Shown here one piece after another: positions 23,275 to 34,600 of a DNA stretch of 64,000 nucleotides (its first letter is position 1; every line of letters starts with the position of its first letter). This DNA is from Spongospora subterranea f. sp. subterranea (taxonomy: Eukaryota): NCBI GenBank assembly GCA_049724395.1, contig JAUGWO010000042.1, positions 310,001 to 374,000 on the forward strand. The letters are read 5' to 3'. The notes under the pieces were generated by a model. It had not been told where the DNA came from. It saw only the letters and a program-made list of their open reading frames with translations, and did no database searches. Position numbers and translations under genes: made by a program.

Positions 23275-26200
23275 TCAATCATCTTCGCTCATCAATGCAG
23301 TAGTAATGTCGTCTTTCGAGAACGACGAGTGGCCAATGAACTTTGAGAACACAGAAAGGATGACACTAATGCACAAATTCCTACAGAACGACCCATGGCC
23401 GAAATGAGTGTCGTTCAGGCAGACTGCACATCGACCAGAACTTACGAAAACAAGACGGTGACGATGATCATATAGGAGAGGAAGTACCAGGTCATATTCC
23501 ATCCACGAACCCTTATTGCTGCATACATTATCTCGTGCCAGTTCTACCAAACAATCACCAGTCAATCTGACAATCCATCGCCAAAAATTCGATCATCAGA
23601 ACCTACGTCTTTGACCAGGATTTGCAGCAACGCCAGTATGCTATCGGAAAGGCTGTCGAAATTAGTAAACGGCCGATCATCGTCGGGAAGCAAATCGAAC
23701 TGGTTCGACAGGATCCGAATCCCGATCATGGCGTATATGTAAATGAATATGATCAATAGAATCATGAGATCTTTGAAGACGGGGACGATCTTCAAAAACA
23801 CAAACACTATATGGCGGGTCGATTGTGTCTGGGTGAATATTCTCATCAAGGGAAGAGCGAGAAAAAATCGAAAGACGTCCTGAGAAGTGCTGTAATTGAC
23901 AGATAATCCATCGATGGTGCGACATATCACCGCTCCAATCAAGGAAGCGCATACGATAACGATATCGGCACGATGAGCGAACTCGATCTCCTGCGATCGA
24001 TCAGAGCCGTCGTAGAGCGATGAGTTCCAGTAGACAGAAGGGGAGTAGATCACGATCCTGATCGTCATGTCGATCGTGAGCAGAACTAGATAGACCTCGG
24101 CGAACGTGTCGACGTATCGCTCGTGGTTCGTGTCGATCACTCCATAAAGGCAGATCACCGATATGAAGATCACCGTCATGATCTGATGGATATCGTGGTA
24201 ATGGCCATTATCAAACACGATCTGGCGAGCGATAAGACGCCAGGATCCTTGCACATGATACGGATCCGTCTTCAACTTGCTGATCGTTAACGCCTTCTCA
24301 TACCCTCTCACAAACCCTTCAAGTTCGATATACTCTCTAACAGGAGCGAATGTCGCCGATGAACCTTCTCTGTCTTTTCCTGGTTTATGAGGGGCGTCGA
24401 ACGCGCCTCGTTTGCTGCTCAGTGCCCGCAGTGCAGACGATGCTCGGGCAGGATTACTATCCGACCCAACAGACAAACGAGGTCGAATGTCGGACGGCCT
24501 GGACAGGTTGGCGATCGAGGATGAGCCCTTATCGCGATCGTGATTTGTCCCCACTATCGTTGATCTGCCATGGATCGGGGCGCGATCCATTCGATTAACC
24601 CCATCATCATCGTTGACCTGGTGCGATCGATGATGCGCTCGAACCGGCGACGCTTCTTCCTGTTCTGTTGTTGTTCGCTCACGTATCGGCCCCAGCTTTG
24701 AGCTGGACTTGTTCTTTGAAAATCGTGACGATCGTGGATGTGCCATAGACTCGGGATCGGATTGGGTTTTACTCGTTGATGATCGGGCAAATTGCACGAT
24801 ATCAGCGATGTTGGAGTCGGATAGCATTGCGTTGGTGGAGCGAAGAAATCGCTCGAAATCATGGACAGGTAGAACATTATCTTCATCGTTGTCGAGGAGA
24901 ATAAACGCTGCGATTATACCCGCTCTGCTGAACACACTTTCATATGCTTGCAGCTTTCGCTGATGATTATGGAATGAGTTCTGGAACGCTCCTATCATGA
25001 TTCCGAGCATTAGGAACATGCCAACCATAACCAGTACAATATAGAGAGTATATAATGCAGGATTGCCGTTCAATAAGGGATAGAGGACTTCGCTGAAGTT
25101 GGACGATGACGATAGGAATATGAAACAGGTCGTCATCGAGCGAACAATGTTGTTGAAACTGGAGCTCAATTGCTGAGCGTTGATCCTGGTCTGGAACAGA
25201 ACTAGGCAGATACATGACGATATGATGACGAGATACATGTACATGATGATGATGTTGACAGCGTCGATACAGGATCGAACGAACAGCTTCAACGTCTTCA
25301 ACGATCCCGAGTTCATAAACAGATAGAGAAACGCTCTGGATGGAACAACATACTCAATACTGGAATAGGGACGGGAACTGGCAATCAGGACCCAATCTGA
25401 AAGGATAATGATGAACATGGCGATAAGACCAACATCTCTCCATCGTAGACGGGACGATGATATTGAGTTGATGAGCTTGTTCCGATCCCATCGTGGGTCG
25501 GATCTGGTGGGGGCGAACCGAACCCAGATGTATTTGGTGAATATCCTGGCGGTGATCGAGGTGAACTCAATGGCGAGACAGATTCCCTCGGCCCCGATCA
25601 CCATCGCCGACGTCCCCTCGATCGCCATCGCATCGCCCGTATCCGGTTTACAGAAGGAGAGGGCGATGTGAATGGCGGTGATGGCGGTCATGATCAGCTT
25701 CACCGATCGGCTCTGGACCAGCTTATAGACCCGCAATGGCAGACCCGACTCGAGCTTCTCCAGCAGACAGATATGGAGGATATTCAGACCCGATCGCCCT
25801 AATCCAATCGCCGATCATTATTCACCGGAACAGATCACGACAACCCCCTTTACCGTCTGTGATATGACCACGAGCACGATTCCATGAATGGGCCCGATAA
25901 TACTCATTGGTTATTGGGAAATCAACTTTATCGATATGTCCTCGTTCTTGTACTAATGAACACGCTCTGGCTTCGTTGATCAGTGTTTGAATCGCCATCT
26001 TATTATCCAATTAGAGTTCATCCAATATTCAAATACTGTTAACAACTCACCTTGAAATCGGTCAATTCTCTGTATTTGATTCGTTTATCGTTCTGTTTCA
26101 ACTTCCTAATGGAATCCAATAATAGTGTGAGAGGGGGTGATTTACCCGCTCCTGAATGGGCAACAGATATGATCGAGTTGAGGGATATGATCAACATGAT

Positions 26201-29200
26201 AATACATAGGGTGATAACCAGGGTTCGTGTGTGGTTATTGTTGAGATGTAATGAGAGGGATTCGATAGGGACAATCACGATCATGATCGGGGGATACGAT
26301 CGTGATAACGAGGACATCACATATCCCATCGATAATGGCTGGAGAATATCGCGATGGATTAAGAACGGGTTCCGATCGGACAGGTTGATGAGACCAGGGC
26401 GCTGAGCGATATACGACACGAGATTGGACAGATCGGTCTGAGCGCGGTCAGATGAATCAACGGCTGATTGGTTGAGAAGCGATGACGATGATGCGATGAC
26501 ATTGAGACCAGATCGGCCATCGTGATCCGGATATGTTCCTAATAGCGATAACGATGATGGAGCTGGTGATGACGACAGCGATAACCGGTCTAATCGACGG
26601 GATATCGCCAGCGATCCCAACTCCACCAACACAATACAGGTTCGGTTGGCGATGGCGGTGGCGGTCGTGACCAATACCGACAGATCATCTCCTCCTGATA
26701 CCGATCGGCCCAACACAATCCCAATATCATTATCGGATAACGGGCCGATATCACCCCCATTCCCCGAACCAATCTCGGGATCATATTTCTCATCGACCAA
26801 CGCCAATCCCGCTCCGTTATCGTCATATCTGAACCCTTTCAGGGAATTGTCCACAGAGCACCATGAATATATTCCAGATAGATCAAACGACATATTGTTA
26901 TTCCTCCACCTGTTCATCGTCTTCTCGATCATATCGCCATTCACCATCTGCTCAGGATCGGTCGCATTACCATAGGCGAACGCGATCGAGACCAGAGCCG
27001 ACGTGGTATTCGCCGAGGCGATCATCGATTGGAGAGACAGATGAGCTAATTGGGTATTGAGGGCGAGAACGTGATTGAGATACGATGTGATCGCCGAGTC
27101 GATGTTGATCGTGTAGACCATCCACAGAGCGGATGGGGCGATGATCATCGATAACAGACAGGTGTAATGGATGATGTGATGGGATCGCGACGACGATAGA
27201 CCATAATGGTAATTGTGGTAATAGAGATATGTCGCTGTCGATATCGACAGGATCACAATGTCGATATATATCATGTAGTCGATATCGTGCACATAAACTG
27301 ACGAATCCGATCGGGATAGGACGGTGAATGTCAATCCCGATTGGGAATAATTCCATATCTGATGAGGATTAGGGACAGTTCGCTGTTCCTTTACCAGATG
27401 ATCATAGTCGATATCGGTGATGATATCGCCAATATTACGATTAAGGGATCGATCAGAATCAGCGATGATTGTGCCCGATTCGTGATCGAATATGATGATC
27501 GATTCGGATCTCATTCCATGATCTGATAGGAATCGCCCTAGTGTTCTGTTGATTATTGTCAGATCAATATCGGCGATGATAAAGCCGTTGATCGGATGAG
27601 GGGGATCAACAGATGGATTAGCGAATGGGGATATACAGAATATCGAAGGGATTGATGATGACGATAATGGGGTGAGATGAGGCGATAATACCCATAAAGG
27701 GAATTGGATCGGGGAGGAATAACGGGACCAGATATTGAGGGATTGGTTATAGGTGAGAAAAGGGGAAGAATGGTGTTGATCAGGGGAACAGGGGGAACAG
27801 GTTGAGATAGTCCCAGATGGAGCAAGACGATAGGCGGCGGCGACGGGGGAGATATCGGTGGGATTGGCGATGTGGATTGAGGTGATGGACGGGATGAGAC
27901 AAAGGTGTTGGGCGAGGAATGAGGGAGAGATGGGATCGGAGGACGATGAGGATATGATGAGAGATATGGCCATATCGATAGGGGATAGGGCGTCGTCAAC
28001 CGATAAACGGGCGAGATGGGATAACGTCTCATAGGATATGATATTAGGGGCGGTCAATATATCATCTAAACTATCGCCATAATCACTCCACACCAGATAT
28101 AATCCCGTTGATAACACCAATAGGGACGCGATCGACACCAGCCCGATGATCAGACCGGATGATAAACCCGACCAGGATGACGATCGGGATGATGGCGATG
28201 AAGGGAGGGACGGTGCATCATGATGGGGATCAGGAGCCGCCGCCGCCGCCCCATTTGATGGTTTCACCATCGAGAGATGGGGAAAACGGTGACGGCTGAT
28301 CTGTAATTGGCGACGAGAATGATGCCGATGAGGTATATCGTGAGCAGGTTCAGGTTTATAGACCAACATCGATAAGATATTGTCGATCTTGTTGATGAAT
28401 CCGCCTTTGGTCAGATTGCGGTTCAATCGGCACTCGATATCCCTCATCATTACTATAGTAGAACATATCTGATTGATGATAAGGGATATCTCAGGGCGGA
28501 ATTGCCGCCTTGATCCCTTGTTCAGGGCGAATATCGATCGACATAACCGATTGTATTTGGACATCTGTTGCGATGATGGAATATTACGGGTTAATATTGA
28601 AATTGGTGTTGAGGGGGAATCGGTTCTCATCATCTGGATAATGTCGTTGAACGACTGAACATGTTCGATCTTGTCCAATCCTATCCATTGCTGAACGACA
28701 CACCCACACACACGACGACGATCAATCAGGGCCGAGCGATAATGATGATAATCGTCCCCATAATTACCTGTATCAATAGGGTGTTAAACCCTCCCGAATT
28801 CCTCTCTTTATCGTCCCCATCGTCATCATATCTCGTCAAACGCCCTTCCTGAAGCGCTTCCTGCGATAGACTTTTACTGGCGATCCCCCCGATTCCAATG
28901 GGGTTTGTCGATGATGATCTGATCATTCTGTGATTATCCCTAATATCTGATACAGTTCGTCTATGTTTTAACCCGCTAATACTATTGGTATTAGCAGTTG
29001 TCGTCGCTTCTCTATGATTATCGTTTGGATTATATTGTTCAAGGACCTGGGCGATATCCAATCCCTCCAGATACTCCAATGCACACAACAGGCGTTTGCA
29101 ATCCGATATGATCTGGGACCACGATTGCTCGTGCTCCTCGTTCGATAGATCCTTCCTGGTCGGATTGCGAATGGCGAATATGGGTTTGAGGCGATCCCAT

Positions 29201-29379
29201 AATGATGGTGGTGATGGATTCGATGATGGTGGTGATTGAGTTATTCCTGGGTCTAACGAGAACTTGTTGTGTCGATAATGACTGGGGTATCTGGTCATTA
29301 TATCGCCAATTGTCTCGTCATCATAATCGTCATCATTACCAGCTAATCCATCACCATTCCACCCACTGATACTGCTCAT
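23275..29379 (-). CDS. Channel gene A: N-terminal domain, two TM-flanked dCache-like modules and a two-pore-channel-like 2x6TM unit (1930 aa, 6 exons)
   Basis: Exons 29379-28768, 28690-26051, 25998-25854, 25798-23607, 23543-23446 and 23380-23275 join with GT-AG introns to 5793 nt in frame. Pore loops SFNNIVRSMTTCFIFLSSSSNFSEVLYP and NFDSLSDSILALLQILVKD/NWHEIMY; EF-hand-like AAFILLDNDEDN; Cache-like GFIIADIDL..IIIFDHESGTIIADS. Confidence 0.8.
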
Positions 29380-30599
29380 CCTATCAGATTCGAATATCTA
29401 TAATGCCTTGTAGTAAAGTACCGATTATTGATCATAATCTGTCGAACGTCATCATCGCCAGTAATAATGAAGGCCAAGACAGCAAACACACAAGTGTGCC
29501 CGATTGAGTTCAATATTACAACAACCACAGCATATCGTTTGTTTAACACAAGGTTTCAAAGGCTGAGATTCAACATTTATTCACTCAACAGCGACAAAAC
29601 AAATACAATGAGGTATTCGCTGGAAATTAACAAGACGAGAGCTAAATACCAAACCCAAGTAGAGTAATGATGAATATTTCTGTACTGTGTCGGAATAGTC
29701 ATAAAGAAGGGTCACTCAAATCAATAGTCAATATGAACAGCCGCCAATTCGCTCCCATCGTGAAACCTCTCCGGAATCTTGGCATTCCTCGATTGTGGGG
29801 TGTCAAAGTCGTGGGGAAATGATCAGGCGCTCTTGATTTGGCCCCAGGGGCGTTTCCAAAACAAGTGCCCTGAAGTTTTGAAAGCGCTTTGAAACATCGG
29901 TTGACAATTCGTAGCTTCATCCGCTCCAAACTTGATTACAAGTCTCACCTTCCCTCCCTTCAAAAGATTAGGATGTGTAGAAACACGTGTCGGAATGTGA
30001 AGAAGGATAATGAACATTTTTCAGTCACGATCAAGTACATCCCAAAATCAAAGAAACAAAGGGTCTGGCAAATGGCTGAATAGCACAGGCGTTTGTCGTC
30101 ACAACACTGCCTGAGGTTTTGTTCATGGGTGAAATTGTAGAGATCCAAGAAAGTTTCGATTTGCAGGAGGCGCTGCCGAGGGCAAGCTTATGCAGGCTGG
30201 AGAAACTCGTGAAGACCGATGGATACAGGGCGTTCCCATAGTTTATAAACAAACATGGGAGAACGGCAAAGTGTCGTGGAGCGATTTCTCACATTCCACT
30301 TTTCGTGCTGGTTTTCCTGACCAGGCGAATACAACAACTAAACTGTGCTAGTTTGATGGCAGAGAGCAACAATATAACGGCTGGTCGTCGGGTGTGTACA
30401 TCGACTCAACCGAACCGCATCAGGATTGTGCTCAATAATCGTTCAGTGCTCGGCCAAAACTTGCCCAATTCATCACGCTTTGATCTACCCGACCCATTCG
30501 TTTGCTTAATACCCTGAACAATCCGATCTCACAGTCCGCTTCGTCATTTCAATGCTTTTGAGGAGTGGAAAAAACTGGGGAAGTGATTAAGCAGAATCT

Positions 30600-31460
30600 G
30601 GGCCCAGTGTGAGATATCGAATGGCGTGATTGTGTTGTTGATATACCTAACAGATGTATTGCATTATAGGAGCATCACGTGCCAGAACACGAACATGTTG
30701 TTGAATGCGGAAACCTTGTTCAAATGGACATTCTACGAGTTCTGCACGAGATTACCAAGAAAGATCACCCTCAGTACATTATTCAACGATGAGCCCCATC
30801 TCCTGTCGATCCCTAAATAAGCCCTATACACAATCTATTCTCGCCTTTCCTTCGAGCTCTGGGAATCCCACACCAACTGCAACAGCTCCATCGGTGTTCT
30901 TGGGTCAAGCAATAAGCATAGAGCTTTGAAGAAAACACTCTTCGATTCTATATTAGTGTTGAGATGACGCTTGGTTCTGTTGAACAATACAGGAAGTTTT
31001 ATGAGAGATATATTTTGTAGGCAAAGTACTTTTCGCCGTCATCGATGCGATTAATTACATCGAATAAGTTTCCTTATGAAACATTGTTTCGTGTGGTCTG
31101 GATGTGCCCAGCTATAAGAACCTCTTCAAGAGTTATCTGTGTAGAAAGGGTGTGAAGGACGATTACAGATCTTTCCAGGGCGATGTTGGAGTTGGGTGTT
31201 TCCAAACGATGCTGAATATATTCCCGAATTCCTGACACAAAGAATATGGTAATATTCGCACTCTGTACGAGCGTCTTCTACAAAAGACGTTTTTTGTTTC
31301 TCTCGACAATGTTTGCAAGTTATTTATCGTGATTGGTTTAGGTGAATTAGTAACACAGGCTAAAACGGCGGCTACGATGAGCGACATGCCACAAATAGTG
31401 CATTTGGAAGGGGAAACAGACTGAAAAGGAATTCCGCCAATAACGACGATGATCATGTCA
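30600..31460 (-). mobile_element. Possible decayed hAT-like DNA transposon remnant between the two channel genes
   Basis: Short motifs TDGA and RRWGSSL in broken frames resemble hAT TDGA/TRWNS; no long ORF. Confidence 0.25.
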
Positions 31461-31637
31461 TTAGGGCCATTGATTTCTGCCTATTCATATAATCATTATT
31501 CTCTCTGGTAGTGAAATCAGTTCCGTTCAAGTGTCGTTTGCGATGTCCTCCTGAATGAGAAATACCCCTTCCCATCCGTCGTCCATCGTCATGTCCTTCA
31601 TACCAAGGAATAGTGTCATTTGAGGAACAATCGCCAA

Positions 31638-34600
31638 CTAGTTCAATGCCTTGGAGAAGAGCGATAATATAATCCCAAGACAGAGATTCCTAAAACGATA
31701 TATGAGACGTGGACAAGAAGGCGATGATCGTCAATCCCAACTTACGTGAATATGATATTGATTAACAACATATAGGACAGGAAATACCATGTGATATTCC
31801 ATCCATGAACCCTTATTGATGAATACATAACCTGGTGCCAGTTCTGTCAACACCAGAACCTTATCAGTTAACGAAAGCGATCACGATCGTGTGGTCTTAC
31901 ATCGCTAACCAGGAGCTGGATCAGGGTTAGGGTCGCCCCAGACAGATTGTCGAACGTGGCGATCGGTGTCTGATCGGACGGAAGACGATTGAACTGGCCC
32001 GATAACAGGTTGACCCCAATCATTCCATAGATGTAGACAACCAAAATCAGGACCAGGATCAGGTTTTTGATCGCCGGGATGATCTTCACGACAACATGGA
32101 CCAGATGGCGACACGAGTTGGTCTGGGTGAATAGGCGAATAACAGGTAGAACGAGGAATAGGCGAAACCCATATCGATCCTGATCGTAATCGAACGGGGT
32201 CGTGTTGATCGCGAACGCGATCAAGGTGCCGATTAGGGCGATCAGAAGTAAACACAGATCGGATCTGTGGACGAACTCTGTCTCTTCAGCCCATCGCCCT
32301 GGTCGATAACTGCTGTAGTTCCAGTATCGATTTGGCGAATACAGATAGATCTTGATGGCGATCTCGATAGATGATCCGAATACGGCGGCGATACAGATTA
32401 GGTCGATGGTTTGTTGGGAGGAATGATCGATAATCCCATAAAATGATATCGCTGTAATATATAGAATGGTGACGATCTTCATCAACCGATTGTAGTACAA
32501 GTTCTCGTATAGGATCGAGGCGAAATCGTGATGAACGGGTCGCAGAGCGATATGATTGGATAACAACAGGACCCGCTCGATAATCGTGATGAACTGCTCC
32601 AGAGAGATGTGACGAGGATGATGGAGATCGGAATGAGCTGTTGGGGAAGACGATGGCGATGCAGGGAGATGGGGCTTCTTAACCGATGGGCGCTTGTTCT
32701 GTGATGATGATTGATGAAATCCTAATCGGATCACATCCTCGACAACCGCCCCTAGTTCGTCGGCGACGATATCAGGGCGGATATATTGCAGGAACAGGTG
32801 CAGATTTTGACCCCGATATCATGTTGGACTCGTCATCGTCCAATAATATGAAGGCGGATATGATCCCAGCCCGACCATAAACCGCATCGTACGCCTGCTT
32901 CATCTGTCGCTGCTTGTCGAACGCCCAATAGAATCGGGCGATGAACACGCCCAGGACGGCGAACATTCCTGTGATGACCAGGATGAATAAGAACACGCCA
33001 TATAATGGATCAACACCAATCGCTGGATAGATGATATCGCTATAATTCTCGGCCGTCGTCACGAACACGAAACAGGTCGTCATTGATCTGACGATGTTGG
33101 TGAAACTGGAGTCGATTTGATTGGTATTGATAAGGGATCTGAATAGAACTAGACAGATTGAACCCGATGTGAGAACGAGATATAGGTATAAGGTGAGGGC
33201 GGACGTGGCCGATATCGTGGTCCTGAGGATAAGGCGAAGGGTCTGGCGACAACCAGAGCTGTGTAATAGGTAGAGCAGCGCCCTACAGGGGATCACATAC
33301 TCAATACTCATATTGTATATCGTCATGATCAACCAGTCGATCGCCACAACGGTGAACAGCACGACCAGGACGATATCCTTAACCTGTATTCGGGTTGTGG
33401 ATAACGGGTGGAATATGCTCTTGTGATTGAGATGGGGATTGATTGATGTGGGCGCGAAACGAACCCAGATGTATTTGGTGAATATCCTGGCGGTGATCGA
33501 GGTGAACTCAATGGCGAGACAGATTCCCTCGGCCCCGATCACCATCGCCGACGTCCCCTCGATCGCCATCGCATCGCCCGTATCCGGTTTACAGAAGGAG
33601 AGGGCGATGTGAATGGCGGTGATGGCGGTGATGATCAGCTTCACCGATCGGCTCTGGACCAGCTTATAGACCCGCAATGGCAGACCCGACTCGAGCTTCT
33701 CCAGCAGACAGATATGGAGGATATTCAGACCCGATCGCCCTAATCCAATCGCCGATCATTATTCACCGGAACAGATCACGACAACCCCCTTTACCATCTG
33801 TGATATGACCACGAGCACGATTCCAAACGTGCTGATGATGGTGATGAATCGGTATTGGACAGCCATCATCCCCCGATATATACTGTGATCTGTATAGGGA
33901 GATGGCGCTAGCACCATGGACCATCCTCTCGATCGCCTCCTATACACCATCATTCAGATATCAGCCCATAGCCCATTACCGCTCAGCAACAACATGATCA
34001 GCACCTTGAAATCCTTATACTCTTTGAACTTGACCCGTTTAGTATTGAAATGATCAGATTCAAACGATGTTCTGATCGATAACGACGATCCCAAATTTGA
34101 TCGTGTTGACCCTGATCTTCCCCTGATAACCCTCTTAACACTGTTCAATGATCTACTGGCAGAATGCGATAATAGGCTGAAGGTGATTGTGATCGTGATG
34201 GCGATGATCAATGTGAGAGTGTGGTTATCATCGATAATATCGTTGAATAACGATCGCGACACCATGACGGGTATCAGCCAATTGTATAATGATGTGATAT
34301 TGGTCTGCAGATTAGCCCATGACGATGGCTGCAGAGTATCTCGTATAATATTGCACACCGATTGGGAATCACAAATCAACAGGTCGGGTTTATCCTTGAT
34401 GAACGCGATCAGCTCGTCGATATCCGGCTGTACCGGGTCCGAGTTCTCCCCGATCCCAACCGGACGCGGCGATCATGTTGGCGGATTGATAATGGCGATC
34501 GTGGCCGATCTCTAATACGGCCATGGCCAGATCTGATGACGACAGCCTCGCCCTTGTACTCTCCAGTACATCCTGGATCGATGATGACCCGATCTCCACG

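Noticed and set aside
33759..33953. ORF-track peptide ITIISTFGIVLVVISQM as a TM helix of channel B
   Set aside because: The alternative frame (EAIERMVHGASAISL..WNRARGHITD) matches gene A and fits both splice phases
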